NCBI GenBank assembly: GCA_021741155.1
Contig: JAIOYP010000003.1
Span: 74,295 to 138,294, forward strand
Reading direction: 5' to 3'
Origin: Flavobacteriales bacterium
Lineage (GTDB): Bacteria > Bacteroidota > Bacteroidia > UBA10329
Length of the DNA: 64,000 bases
Each line of letters begins with the position of its first letter. Positions within the stretch are counted from its first letter, which is position 1. The notes under the pieces are model-generated. The model saw nothing but the letters and a program-made list of their open reading frames with translations, was not told the origin of the DNA and did not search any database. Below, in pieces: positions 48,676-59,249 of this stretch. The position numbers and the translations under genes are program-made.

Positions 48676-51294
48676 CTAATTCGGACCTTGGCCTGAGTTT
48701 CTGAGAAGTTGTACGTAACCGTGCAATTCGCGTGGCACCACACCAGCCAATCGGATTTCATTGACGGTGCAGATATAATAGTAAACGCCATCGCTGCAAT
48801 TCAACTTCGTTCCTTGATTTGTTCCATCCCAAAGAATATCCGGGTCGGTTGTTTCAAAGATTTTCAATCCCCAACGGTTGTAGATTTTCATATCAATACT
48901 CTCTACAAAAGCATATGGGAATGGTCGGAAAAGGTCATTGTATGTATCTCCTCCAGGTGTGAACACATTGGGTAAGGTGTAATTGGAGCAGGCATCCACA
49001 CAGACCGTATCTGAAACGGTAACGTTTTGAAAAGAATCTATCGCAGCAATGGCATAGCAACCAGCCATGGTATTTTCTAACGGACCATGGTCAAATGTTG
49101 CCCATGGTGCTTCGTGGGTTGCCACAATTTGCAATTCGCCTCCATAAGTTGGTGTGTATAGTACTCTGAATTCAATAATGTCATTGGCACATTCTGGCGA
49201 TTGACTCCACGTTAGACTATTGATTAACTCCACACAGTCAGATTCAATCGTGATATCTTGCTCGCAAGGCGGAATGGAATCAATCGGTGTTGTACAACTT
49301 TCTTGCGACCAGTTGATGATAGGATGGATTACACCATCAATGGAATAATGTCCGATACTTTTCACCAGATAGCACATTTCAACCCCGTTGGCTAACCCAG
49401 TGTCAATGTATGTGTGTTCAATCGTTTCGCCAATGAAAACGAATGCTGAGAGGTCGGGCAACTGCCTGAAAACTTGGAAGGTGTCGTTAATCCATGGCAC
49501 CGTTTCATCCCATACAAGTTGAATCTGATTATCCGTACCAATGGCAATGATAAATACTGAAGATGCTGGGTCAGATTCTCCGACAGAGAATTCATTTCCC
49601 GGTTCATCATTGAACAACTCAATCTTGTAATTAAACTCAAGTTCTTGGGTGTTAATCAACGTATCAATGAAAATCGTGTCGTTCAGATTAAAATAGGTTT
49701 CTACTAACTGGAAATTCGATGGGTCGGTCACATCGGAACGTAGGATGCGATACTCATAAGGTCCTGGAATTTGAACCGTATCCAGCTCCGTAGGTTTGCT
49801 CCAAGCCACATACATAGAACCATCATTAAGATCCGTGTTTCGAACGCTCACATTTGTTAGAATGGGCAAATCTCGTTTCAATTCTGCACAGAATTCTTCG
49901 GAAGCATAGCTCACAGCTCCATCTGGAAAACAAGCCACCACCATGTAGCAGTATTCCAATCCTAAGGTCAACCCTGCCCCTCCATTATCATCCAAATAAG
50001 ATGTTCCAGCAAGCCCGGAGGTTGAGCCTATGAATTGATAGCCCGTGTAGCTCGGCACACCAACCTCGCAGGTGTCAGGAATAAAACCATAGAGTTCAAT
50101 TCTTCGATAGATTTTGTATCCTGTGACTTCAGCGCAAGAACTTTGGTCCCAATTTAGTTGAATAGAATTTCCTAACGGGTTCGCATCTGGATTTTCGGGC
50201 GCTGGACCTACAACAGTAATAAAAGTGGTGTGGTAATCCACCAGTTCAATATCGTTTCCTGGCGGATCATCTTCCGCTCTAAACGACATGGTATAAGGCT
50301 GCAACTGAACATGTGTGCACTGCGGAATCCACCTGAAAGTGCTGATGGCGGTATCTTGTGCTGAAATAGGCTGATTGAACGTGGCAGGACTCACAGCTTG
50401 TTCTAACGGACCACCAGTTCCCGTTAACGTTACGGGGTCGCCATCAGGATCCCACGCACGAACAAGAAACTCAACGGTATCGCCAGCTGCCACACATATT
50501 TCATCAATCGTTCTTACTATAGGAGGATTGTTGCTGCACGGAAGAACGGTAACTTGCATATCGCGGATGGTGTAACCAATCTGGACATACGTTCCATCTT
50601 CCAACCTTCTCCATTCAATAATCTTTATGGCAAAGTTGAACTCGCCTTGTTCTTGAGGAGAATCCCATGTCAAGGTTCCCGTGATTGGATCAATGGTGGC
50701 GCCTGATGGAATACTGTATCCAGCAATTGGAATTCCACCTTCCCCAATACACGTAGTCAATTCGTAGCTAAGGCTATCACCATCGGGGTCATACGCCCCA
50801 GGATTGTGCTCATAAACTCGCTGAAAGCAGGCATCGTCAATCGGTGGATTGAGCAGAATGGGGGTACTACTCGAACCACTAAATGGTCCAAAATCAATAT
50901 GTGTTTCAATATAAAAAGGCACGTTGATTGAATTTGGAATATTGATAATTCCACCGTTCCTATTAGGGTCTTCCATCGAGATAGTGTACCCGCTAAAAGA
51001 CGCACTTGCATACGTGTGTTCCGCGATGTAAACGTTCTTTTTAACGCCAGGAAGAATAATTACACCATCTCCTCCACCGTTTGAGCGAAAAACGGTATCT
51101 AACGTATTGTCTCCCCACTTCACTTCCAAGGCTGGTCTGTCTGCCGGGCTATCTGGAACCGTATAGGTAGTAACAATTGCCCTTACGGTCAAACCGCCTA
51201 AAAACTCGATACGAATTTCTCCTGCACGGTTGTGCGTAGCCTTTGCCCCAAAAGAGGCAAGCAGAATAAGCCCAAGTGGAAGGAGTTTCTTCAT
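48676..51294 (-). CDS. Large secreted multi-domain protein with a T9SS type B C-terminal sorting domain
   Basis: Signal peptide MKKLLPLGLILLASFGAKA. C-terminus LPNVFTPGGDTYNDLF...IYNRWGLKIF...WDGTNQG...DGVYYYI. Confidence 0.7.
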   Translation of the reverse strand: MKKLLPLGLILLASFGAKATHNRAGEIRIEFLGGLTVRAIVTTYTVPDSPADRPALEVKWGDNTLDTVFRSNGGGDGVIILPGVKKNVYIAEHTYASASFSGYTISMEDPNRNGGIINIPNSINVPFYIETHIDFGPFSGSSSTPILLNPPIDDACFQRVYEHNPGAYDPDGDSLSYELTTCIGEGGIPIAGYSIPSGATIDPITGTLTWDSPQEQGEFNFAIKIIEWRRLEDGTYVQIGYTIRDMQVTVLPCSNNPPIVRTIDEICVAAGDTVEFLVRAWDPDGDPVTLTGTGGPLEQAVSPATFNQPISAQDTAISTFRWIPQCTHVQLQPYTMSFRAEDDPPGNDIELVDYHTTFITVVGPAPENPDANPLGNSIQLNWDQSSCAEVTGYKIYRRIELYGFIPDTCEVGVPSYTGYQFIGSTSGLAGTSYLDDNGGAGLTLGLEYCYMVVACFPDGAVSYASEEFCAELKRDLPILTNVSVRNTDLNDGSMYVAWSKPTELDTVQIPGPYEYRILRSDVTDPSNFQLVETYFNLNDTIFIDTLINTQELEFNYKIELFNDEPGNEFSVGESDPASSVFIIAIGTDNQIQLVWDETVPWINDTFQVFRQLPDLSAFVFIGETIEHTYIDTGLANGVEMCYLVKSIGHYSIDGVIHPIINWSQESCTTPIDSIPPCEQDITIESDCVELINSLTWSQSPECANDIIEFRVLYTPTYGGELQIVATHEAPWATFDHGPLENTMAGCYAIAAIDSFQNVTVSDTVCVDACSNYTLPNVFTPGGDTYNDLFRPFPYAFVESIDMKIYNRWGLKIFETTDPDILWDGTNQGTKLNCSDGVYYYICTVNEIRLAGVVPRELHGYVQLLRNSGQGPN

Positions 51295-51355
51295 TCGAAT
51301 CTATTGGTAATTACGTAAACCTATTAAAAGTAGGTTTTATTGTGATAGCGTATTG

Positions 51356-52510
51356 TCAATAATCGATTAATTGTTGTTCCATGTTTACTGGGAGCGTACG
51401 GTATTCGTATTGCTGGGTTCTTAATTGAGGTTCAAAACCAGCTTCGCGAATAGCTTTCTGAATGGCATCAGCCGTAAAACGGTGCGGAGCACCAGCAGCA
51501 GAAACCACGTTTTCTTCAATCATAATAGAACCGAAATCATTGGCACCCGCATGAAGACACATCTGCGCGGTCTGCTTTCCTACCGTCAGCCACGAGGCTT
51601 GAATATTGTCAACGTTCGGAAGCATGATGCGCGAAATGGCAATCATTCGAACATATTCGTCAGCCGTACAGCTATTTCGAATTCCTTTCACCCTTCTTAA
51701 AAGCGTTCCGTCATCTTGAAACGGCCACGGGATAAATGCAATAAATCCTTTGGCGTGAGCAGGTTTCTTGGCTTGAACTTCGCGAAGCCAAACCAAATGC
51801 TCAAAGCGCTCTTCCAACGTTTCAATGTGTCCAAACATCATGGTTGCAGAACCAGTAATGTCTAATTGATGTGATGCTGCTGCTACTTCCAACCATTCTT
51901 TACCAGTACATTTTCCTTTGGAAATGAGCCTGCGAACACGGTCGTTCAGAATCTCTGCTCCCGCTCCTGGAAGACTGTCCAAACCAGCGGCTTTCAATTC
52001 GGTAAGTACGGCAGTATGCGTCATTCCTTCCAACTTGCTGATGTGCGCAATCTCGGGCGGTCCGAGCGCATGTAGCTTTAGGTTTGGATAGAGCGATTTG
52101 AGCTCACGAAAAAGATTAGCATAGAACTTTAACCCTAATTCTGGATGATGCCCTCCTTGCAGAAGCAGTTGCTCGCCACCATAGCGGAACGTCTCCTCAA
52201 TTTTTCTTTTATACGTTTCAATATCAGTGATATAACTCTCTGCGTGACCCGGAATACGATAAAAATTGCAAAACTTACAGTTGGCTATGCACACGTTGGT
52301 GGTGTTCATATTGCGGTCAATGATCCACGTGACCTTGCCATCATTCCGCTTAGTCTTGCGCAGTTCGTTTCCCACGAACATTAAATCGGTGAGACCTGCA
52401 TTTTCAAACAGAAACTGTCCTTCTTCTGCCGAGAGAAATTCAGCCTTCAATGCCTTATCCAGTAGTTTGCTGCAATCCATTTTATACATGTTAAACACTG
52501 CTTTCGCCAT
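51356..52510 (-). CDS. Radical SAM enzyme of the futalosine menaquinone pathway (MqnC/MqnE family)
   Basis: CIANCKFCNF (CxxxCxxC) near the N-terminus. About 380 aa. Overall resemblance to MqnC and MqnE. The subtype cannot be assigned by eye. Confidence 0.6.
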   Translation of the reverse strand: MAKAVFNMYKMDCSKLLDKALKAEFLSAEEGQFLFENAGLTDLMFVGNELRKTKRNDGKVTWIIDRNMNTTNVCIANCKFCNFYRIPGHAESYITDIETYKRKIEETFRYGGEQLLLQGGHHPELGLKFYANLFRELKSLYPNLKLHALGPPEIAHISKLEGMTHTAVLTELKAAGLDSLPGAGAEILNDRVRRLISKGKCTGKEWLEVAAASHQLDITGSATMMFGHIETLEERFEHLVWLREVQAKKPAHAKGFIAFIPWPFQDDGTLLRRVKGIRNSCTADEYVRMIAISRIMLPNVDNIQASWLTVGKQTAQMCLHAGANDFGSIMIEENVVSAAGAPHRFTADAIQKAIREAGFEPQLRTQQYEYRTLPVNMEQQLIDY

Positions 52511-52620
52511 TGTGTTCGCACAGAACAGCCCGGCAGAACCTGTGTTAAAGTTGGTACTTTTGCGGCAACGAATTTACGAATTGAGAAGGGGTTTCCTTTC
52601 AGGTTCAAAACGGTAGATAA

Positions 52621-53823
52621 ATGAGCAGAGAAGCAGATAAGATTAAGGTTGGGATTTCATGTGGGGATTTGAATGGAATAGGATTGGAAGTGGCGATAAA
52701 AACCTTTTTAGACAACCGAATTTTTGAGCTTTGCACTCCGATTCTTTACGCTTCTAAGAAAACTTCTGCGGCTTACCGTAAGGAGTTAGACATTAAAGAT
52801 TTCAGTTTTGATGAGATTAATTCCGTAGAAAAAGCTAATCCGAAACGCGCAAATGTGCTCAACGTTTGGAATGAGGAAGTGGAACTGAAGCTCGGAACTC
52901 CAACTAAAATCAGTGGCGAATACGCACTCAAATCATTGCAGGCCGCTACAGCGGACTTGAAAGCTGGTAAGATTGATGTGCTGCTAACGGCACCCATCGA
53001 TAAGCACAATATTCAGTCTGATAAATTCAAATTCCCGGGACACACTGAGTATTTGGCACATGTATTTGGAGTCGAGGAACACGCCATGCTGATGGTAAGT
53101 GAAAATTTAAAAGTGACTTTCATGACGGGGCATTTGCCATTGTCGCAGGTTGGCAAGCATCTTTCGTTTGAAAGCATCATTAAGAAGATTCGCTTTTTAG
53201 AAAAGTCGCTTCCTCAGGATTTTGGAATTAGACAGCCTAAGATTGCTGTTTTGGGGTTGAATCCTCACAATGGTGATGGTGGTGTTATTGGAACCGAAGA
53301 ACAGGACGTGATTGCGCCAGCAATAAAAAAAGCGAAGGAAGATGGCATTTTAGTTTTCGGGCCGTTTGCAGCTGATGGTTTTTTCGGTTCGGGCGCGTAC
53401 CGTCAATTTGATGTGGTACTGGCAATGTATCACGATCAAGGTTTGATTCCGTTTAAGACATTGAATTTTGATCAAGGCGTAAACTACACAGCCGGATTAC
53501 CAAAAGTGCGCGTTTCTCCGGACCACGGAACAGGTTTCGACATTGCGGGAAAGGGAATTGCGAGCGAGCAATCTTTTAGAGATGCGCTTTTCTTAGGAAT
53601 TGACCTTTTTAGAGAACGCGAACGATTTGCAGAATACACTTCAGACGTTCTAAAACCACAGAAGGAAATTAGACTGGAAGGTAGTGGACGTGGTGACCGT
53701 GGAGATAGAGGCGACAGAAGCGACCGTGGTCCAAGATCAGACAATCGCGGGCCGCGAAAGCCAAGACCCTCAGCTTCGAGAGAGAACGAATCTGAGAAAA
53801 AGAGCGAGGCTACGGACGACTAG
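52621..53823 (+). CDS. pdxA: 4-hydroxythreonine-4-phosphate dehydrogenase PdxA with an unusual Arg/Asp-rich C-terminal tail
   Basis: PdxA fold (GHTEYLA, metal-binding His region), then about 55 extra residues GRGDRGDRGDRSDRGPRSDNRGPRKPRPS... Confidence 0.8.
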   Translation: MSREADKIKVGISCGDLNGIGLEVAIKTFLDNRIFELCTPILYASKKTSAAYRKELDIKDFSFDEINSVEKANPKRANVLNVWNEEVELKLGTPTKISGEYALKSLQAATADLKAGKIDVLLTAPIDKHNIQSDKFKFPGHTEYLAHVFGVEEHAMLMVSENLKVTFMTGHLPLSQVGKHLSFESIIKKIRFLEKSLPQDFGIRQPKIAVLGLNPHNGDGGVIGTEEQDVIAPAIKKAKEDGILVFGPFAADGFFGSGAYRQFDVVLAMYHDQGLIPFKTLNFDQGVNYTAGLPKVRVSPDHGTGFDIAGKGIASEQSFRDALFLGIDLFRERERFAEYTSDVLKPQKEIRLEGSGRGDRGDRGDRSDRGPRSDNRGPRKPRPSASRENESEKKSEATDD

Positions 53824-53828
53824 CGTGA

Positions 53829-53858
53829 GGGATGGAAGCGACATCCTTTTTTGTTTTT
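53829..53858 (+). terminator. Rho-independent terminator candidate after pdxA
   Basis: GGATG-GAAGCGA-CATCC followed by TTTTTTGTTTTT. Confidence 0.5.
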
Positions 53859-53969
53859 CACAAAAAAGAAATAGCGGAAAGCCTGACCCCTTGCGCAGCT
53901 TGGGGGCACGCCCAAAAAATCATCTAATATCAATCAAAAAAGAGGCATTGCAACTTTGATTGAAATGTT

Positions 53970-53977
53970 TACTTTTG
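53970..53977 (+). promoter_or_regulatory. Candidate -7 box (TACTTTTG) upstream of the yceD-rpmF operon
   Basis: Matches TAnnTTTG, 19 nt upstream of the ATG at 53996. Confidence 0.25.
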
Positions 53978-53995
53978 CAGCCCTCGTTCTGAAAC

Positions 53996-54526
53996 ATGGA
54001 AAAGTCTAGTGCATTCAAAGTTCAATTCTCAGGATTGAAACTAGGAAAACACCAATTTGACTTTGCTGTTGACGATTCGTTCTTTGAAAAACTCGATTAT
54101 TCTCCAATCTCGAAGGGAGAAGTTGAAGTAACTGTTGTGTTGGACAAAAAGTCTACAATGATGGTTCTTGACTTTGAACTGAACGGTTGGGTGATGGAAA
54201 GTTGTGACAGATGCACAGCGGACTATCGCCAGCATGTGACTGGAGAACATCAGATTTATGTGAAATTCGGTGATGATTTTGACGAGCCTGACGATAGCCT
54301 TTTGGTTATTCCCAGAGACGAATTTGAATTGGATGTTTCGCAACTGATTTACGAGTTTATACAATTGAACGTTCCGTTGAGGAAAATTCCTTGCGAGGAA
54401 AGTGAAGACAATTCGATGTGTGATAAAGACACATTGAAGGTGCTGAAAGAAGCTGAAGCGGACGACAATAAGAATAACCCTTTATGGGCTGAATTGAACA
54501 GGATTAAAGATCAACTGAAAGATTAA
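53996..54526 (+). CDS. YceD/DUF177-family protein (large-subunit rRNA accumulation protein)
   Basis: Conserved position immediately upstream of rpmF. Cys cluster CDRC...C...C. Acidic C-terminus. Confidence 0.65.
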   Translation: MEKSSAFKVQFSGLKLGKHQFDFAVDDSFFEKLDYSPISKGEVEVTVVLDKKSTMMVLDFELNGWVMESCDRCTADYRQHVTGEHQIYVKFGDDFDEPDDSLLVIPRDEFELDVSQLIYEFIQLNVPLRKIPCEESEDNSMCDKDTLKVLKEAEADDNKNNPLWAELNRIKDQLKD

Positions 54527-54546
54527 CACGTATTAAGTAGAATATA

Positions 54547-54729
54547 ATGGCACATCCTAAACGGAAAATATCCAAGCAACGCAGAGACAAGAGAAGAACT
54601 CATTACAAAACTGAGGCTCCTACAATTGCTTTGTGTCCAACTACTGGCGAACCACATCTTTACCACCGTGCTCATTGGTACGAAGGAAAACTTTACTACA
54701 AGGGACAAGTAGTAATGGAGAAAGCATAA
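54547..54729 (+). CDS. rpmF: 50S ribosomal protein L32
   Basis: [19 protein letters not shown], 60 aa. Confidence 0.9.
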   Translation: MAHPKRKISKQRRDKRRTHYKTEAPTIALCPTTGEPHLYHRAHWYEGKLYYKGQVVMEKA

Positions 54730-54755
54730 CACATTCCGAAACTCGGATTTGTGAA

Positions 54756-54795
54756 AAAAAGGATTGCGGCTAACTTAGCCGCAATTTTTGTTTTG
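54756..54795 (+). terminator. Rho-independent terminator or attenuator between rpmF and fabH
   Basis: AAAAAAAGGATTGCGGCTAA-C-TTAGCCGCAATTTTTGTTTTG. Confidence 0.6.
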
Positions 54796-54818
54796 AGGGG
54801 TAAGGAAAAAGCAACGGA

Positions 54819-55820
54819 ATGATGAAGACCAGAGCGGCCATCACGGGAGTAAACAGTTGGGTTCCTGAGTACAAACTCACGAATGCGGAGCTTGAAACCA
54901 TGGTTGACACCAACGATGAGTGGATTCAATCTCGCACTGGGGTTCAAGAACGAAGAATCCTGAAAGGAGAAGACATGGGAACGTCCAAAATGGCGATTCC
55001 AGCGGTAAAAGGTCTTCTCGAAAAAACCAATACAACACCTGAAGATGTTGATTTGGTTATTTGCGCCACGGTTACAGCAGATATGCAGTTTCCGGCAACT
55101 GCAAACATTATTTCAGACCAATGCGGAATGGTGAATGCGTTCAGTTTTGATTTGAACGCGGCCTGTTCGGGCTTCATTTACGCGCTTACTACCGCTGCCA
55201 TGTACATTGAAAGTGGACGGTATAAGAAAGTTGTGGTGATTGGAGCAGATAAGATGTCGTCTATCATTGATTACACCGACCGCGCGACTTGCATCATTTT
55301 TGGAGATGCAGCTGGAGCTGTTTTGATGGAACCTAGCACGGATGGAAACGGATTGATAGACCATCAACTGCACACCGATGGTTCGGGAGTTGTGCATTTG
55401 CATCAGAAAGCAGGTGGTTCTGCGCGGCCAGCCACACACGAAACGGTGGATGCACGTGAGCACTACGTATACCAAGAAGGAGCAGCCGTTTTTAAATTTG
55501 CTGTGACCAAAATGGCGGATGTTTCGGAAGAAATTATGCAACGAAATGGTTTGACTGCGGATGATATCGCCTACTTAGTACCTCACCAAGCTAACAAACG
55601 AATTATTGACGCAACGGCCTCTCGAATTGGATTAGACGAAGAGAAGGTGATGTTGAACATTATGAAATACGGTAATACGACCAATGGAACAATTCCACTG
55701 TGTCTTCACGAATGGGAATCGAAACTGAAGAAAGGCGATAATTTGATTATCAGTGCTTTTGGTGGCGGCTTTACATGGGGCGCGCTTTACTTGAAATGGG
55801 CTTATGAAACGCCTAAATAG
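54819..55820 (+). CDS. fabH: 3-oxoacyl-ACP synthase III
   Basis: Active-site Cys in AACSGF. His/Asn region HQANKRI...GNTS. 333 aa. Confidence 0.9.
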   Translation: MMKTRAAITGVNSWVPEYKLTNAELETMVDTNDEWIQSRTGVQERRILKGEDMGTSKMAIPAVKGLLEKTNTTPEDVDLVICATVTADMQFPATANIISDQCGMVNAFSFDLNAACSGFIYALTTAAMYIESGRYKKVVVIGADKMSSIIDYTDRATCIIFGDAAGAVLMEPSTDGNGLIDHQLHTDGSGVVHLHQKAGGSARPATHETVDAREHYVYQEGAAVFKFAVTKMADVSEEIMQRNGLTADDIAYLVPHQANKRIIDATASRIGLDEEKVMLNIMKYGNTTNGTIPLCLHEWESKLKKGDNLIISAFGGGFTWGALYLKWAYETPK

Positions 55821-55875
55821 CAAGATAGACTGCTCACAAAATTTATACATTTGAACCTCAATTAAGGGAAAAAGC

Positions 55876-56376
55876 ATGGATATTAAGGAAATCCAAGAAC
55901 TGATAAAATTCGTGTCCAAATCGGGCGTGAGTGAAGTGGAAATTGAATCTAAAGGATTCAAAATCAATATCAAAACACCACCTTACAAAAGAGGCGGCCA
56001 ACCCGAAGTACAAATTGTTCAGGCTACTGCACCTCAACAGATGGCCGTAGTGCCGCAAGCCGTACAGGTTGCTACAACTCAACCCGCTGCCGAAGTGATT
56101 CCGGCCAAGGCTGAAACTCCTGCCGATAACGGCAATTACGAAGAAGTAAAATCTCCAATGATTGGAACGTTTTATCGTTCCTCTTCACCAGAAAAACCAC
56201 CTTTTGTTGGGGTTGGTGATGAAGTAAAGAAAGGTGATACCATCTGCATTATTGAAGCAATGAAACTCTTCAACGAAATTGAAGCAGAAGTAAGTGGAAA
56301 AATCGTGAAGGTTTTGGTTGATGATTCGTCTCCCGTGGAGTACGATCAGCCATTATTCCTAATTGAAGCACATTAA
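55876..56376 (+). CDS. accB: Acetyl-CoA carboxylase biotin carboxyl carrier protein
   Basis: Pro/Ala-rich linker. Biotinyl-lysine motif [11 protein letters not shown]. Confidence 0.85.
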   Translation: MDIKEIQELIKFVSKSGVSEVEIESKGFKINIKTPPYKRGGQPEVQIVQATAPQQMAVVPQAVQVATTQPAAEVIPAKAETPADNGNYEEVKSPMIGTFYRSSSPEKPPFVGVGDEVKKGDTICIIEAMKLFNEIEAEVSGKIVKVLVDDSSPVEYDQPLFLIEAH

Positions 56377-56394
56377 TCATTCAACCCGCTTATT

Positions 56395-57729
56395 GTGTTT
56401 AAGAAAATTCTAATAGCCAACAGAGGCGAAATTGCTTTGCGCGTCATTCGCACGTGCAAAGAAATGAATATCCGAACGGTTGCCGTTTATTCAACTGCCG
56501 ACAAGGATAGTCTTCACGTTCGTTTTGCGGACGAAGCAGTTTGCATTGGCCCTGCTGCCAGCGCAAAGAGCTATTTGAACATTCCAAGCATCATTGCGGC
56601 AGCGGAAATAACCAACGCAGATGCCATTCATCCAGGCTATGGTTTTCTTTCTGAGAATGCCAATTTTTCAAGAATTTGTGGCGAGCACGGCATCAAATTC
56701 ATTGGAGCATCGCCCGAAATGATTGACGGCATGGGAGACAAAGCTTCGGCTAAAGCCACCATGATAAAGGCGGGAGTTCCGTGTATTCCTGGATCAGACG
56801 GATTGCTGAAAGACCTTGCTGACGCGAAGAAAACCGCCAAAAAAGTCAAATATCCTGTGATGATTAAAGCTACCGCAGGAGGTGGTGGAAAAGGAATGCG
56901 CGTGGTTTGGAGCGAGGAAGAAATGGAAGAACACTGGGATTCTGCCAGAAAAGAAGCTGCGTTTTCGTTCGGAAATGACGGGATGTATATGGAGAAATTC
57001 ATTGAAGATCCGCGACATATTGAGATTCAGATTGTGGGTGATCAGCATGGAAATTACTGCCACCTCTCGGAGCGTGATTGTTCTATTCAGAGACGCCATC
57101 AGAAATTAATGGAAGAAACGCCTTCTCCGTTTATGACGGATGAATTGCGCGATAGAATGGGCGAAGCAGCGGTAAAAGCTGCAGCTGCTGTGAATTACGA
57201 AGGTGCTGGAACCGTAGAATTTTTGGTTGACAAGAACCGCGATTTCTATTTCATGGAAATGAACACGCGAATTCAGGTGGAGCATCCGATTACAGAAGAG
57301 GTAATAAACTACGACCTTATTTGGGAGCAAATAAAGGTTGCTGCTGGAATTCCTGTTTCTGGAAATCATTATTTCCCACAGATGCACGCCATGGAATGCC
57401 GTATCAATGCCGAAGATCCGTACAACAATTTCAGACCTTGCCCAGGGAAAATTGTAACGCTACATACTCCTGGCGGTCACGGTGTTCGAATTGATTCGCA
57501 CATTTACGCTGGCTACACCATTCCACCGAACTACGATTCGATGATTGGCAAACTCATTACCGTGGCACAAACACGCGAAGAGGCCATTGCCAAAATGCGT
57601 AGAGCGCTGGACGAATATGTGATTGAGGGCGTAAAAACAACAATTCCATTTCATCGCAAATTGATGGATGACCCTGCTTTTATCAAGGGAAATTATACAA
57701 CCAAGTTCATGGAGACGTTTGAGCTCTAG
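56395..57729 (+). CDS. accC: Acetyl-CoA carboxylase biotin carboxylase subunit
   Basis: GTG start ([14 protein letters not shown]). ATP-grasp. [15 protein letters not shown]. Confidence 0.95.
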   Translation: MFKKILIANRGEIALRVIRTCKEMNIRTVAVYSTADKDSLHVRFADEAVCIGPAASAKSYLNIPSIIAAAEITNADAIHPGYGFLSENANFSRICGEHGIKFIGASPEMIDGMGDKASAKATMIKAGVPCIPGSDGLLKDLADAKKTAKKVKYPVMIKATAGGGGKGMRVVWSEEEMEEHWDSARKEAAFSFGNDGMYMEKFIEDPRHIEIQIVGDQHGNYCHLSERDCSIQRRHQKLMEETPSPFMTDELRDRMGEAAVKAAAAVNYEGAGTVEFLVDKNRDFYFMEMNTRIQVEHPITEEVINYDLIWEQIKVAAGIPVSGNHYFPQMHAMECRINAEDPYNNFRPCPGKIVTLHTPGGHGVRIDSHIYAGYTIPPNYDSMIGKLITVAQTREEAIAKMRRALDEYVIEGVKTTIPFHRKLMDDPAFIKGNYTTKFMETFEL

Positions 57730-59182
57730 TTAGCTTCCTCTCCAACCACCCATTGTAATTCACCAATTCTGCATCCGCACTATGTGGTGTTGCAGTCTTC
57801 GTGAACAGTTTGATGCGGTCCTTCATTTCCTCGCTGCGCAGCGAGACCCCTTTCAGAAACATATCTGAAATAAGATTGAGCAGCATCAATTCGCGCACAT
57901 TCTCCTGATCTTCAACTTGGTCAGTGAAGTCCTTACGGATTTGTTTAATTCGGTATTCGAGGAAATCCGTGTCTCCTAACTCTAGACGAATGAGCACTTC
58001 CAAAATGGCAATTCTGAACTTGAGCGGCTCGGCCGTGTTGCCGAAGCGTTCGTGATGATAGAGTTGATTCAAACGCTTGATGGCCTCTCGGTAATTGCCC
58101 ATGTCAAAATGAAATATGGACAGGTTGAGATACACGAAAACGATGTAGAAAGGTGTCTTCTTCAGCTTCTCGTTGTGCTCAAGTTCCAGCAAAGTGGAAA
58201 TCGCCTTTTCCATATCCACCTTGGAATAATTGATGACCAGCGAATTGTAATAGAAGAACAGAAAGCGGTCGTAATGCAGACGGTCAAATTCATCCATTGC
58301 CACTTTTAGCTTCTCCGCCCATTGCAGCGACTCTTCCAAATTATTGTTCTTAAAAAGCGCATTCACCATGTAGGTGAGCATCTGCAATTTGGTCTGATGG
58401 TTTGACTTCGTGAAAAGTTTTTCCTGCTCAAATTCTGCATATGTCACCCGCAGGTAATCCTCCAAGTTGGGATAATCGTGCTGCTGCAACAGAATCTGAC
58501 TTACCGCCTGATAAATCTTGAATCGCAGAGCAGAACTCCCTTTCAGTTCCTTGCTATCGGTGAGCCGCTGCACAGTTTCCTGAAGCATGTCCACCACAGG
58601 ATTATCCACCGGAGAAAAGTTCTGGGTAATCTTCAATTTATACTTCACTGTTGCCAGAATATCATCAATCTGACGAATAGATTTCAACCTCAGCTCGTTC
58701 TCTTGCCGCTTGAGTATGTAAGTTTCGGGGTTGATACTCAGCATTTCCTGAGACAGGCGTATGAACTCGGTGTAGATAAGATCGAGCAGTTCCAGATTCT
58801 CTAGGCTGAGGGCGCGTTTCTCAGCCTTTCCTAGAAAATACTCCGCCAATGGAAAAAGATTCCGCGAGATATAATGCCGCGCCAAGTTGTAGAGATTAAT
58901 GGCCTGCGCTACATCTTCATCCTCAAAATGCTGCACCATCAGGCTTTTGCTCAAATCCGATTTCAACCTGTTCTTGAGTCGGTAGTACGGATTCTTGTTT
59001 CCGTCAGGATAAAGTTTGAGACAGGCAGCATCCTCATCAAACTGTTCGCTTTCTTTCCGTATCAAATCAAATAGCTCAATGTCTTTTCGAGGTTGATTAC
59101 TGGCAATACGTGAAGAATAAATCTTATAGAATCGAATCTCTTCTTTATTGAGTCCAAGAACCATTTGATTGAGCGTATCCAT
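57707..59182 (-). CDS. Hypothetical cytoplasmic all-alpha protein (491 aa)
   Basis: No TM segment, signal peptide or enzymatic motif. Its 3-prime end overlaps the accC 3-prime end convergently by 23 nt. Confidence 0.45.
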   Translation of the reverse strand: MDTLNQMVLGLNKEEIRFYKIYSSRIASNQPRKDIELFDLIRKESEQFDEDAACLKLYPDGNKNPYYRLKNRLKSDLSKSLMVQHFEDEDVAQAINLYNLARHYISRNLFPLAEYFLGKAEKRALSLENLELLDLIYTEFIRLSQEMLSINPETYILKRQENELRLKSIRQIDDILATVKYKLKITQNFSPVDNPVVDMLQETVQRLTDSKELKGSSALRFKIYQAVSQILLQQHDYPNLEDYLRVTYAEFEQEKLFTKSNHQTKLQMLTYMVNALFKNNNLEESLQWAEKLKVAMDEFDRLHYDRFLFFYYNSLVINYSKVDMEKAISTLLELEHNEKLKKTPFYIVFVYLNLSIFHFDMGNYREAIKRLNQLYHHERFGNTAEPLKFRIAILEVLIRLELGDTDFLEYRIKQIRKDFTDQVEDQENVRELMLLNLISDMFLKGVSLRSEEMKDRIKLFTKTATPHSADAELVNYNGWLERKLTRAQTSP

Positions 59183-59249
59183 TTTGGGTGCGTAAGATTA
59201 TTCGAAATTACAAAACCATTCATAGGTTAAACCGAATTACATTTGGAGA

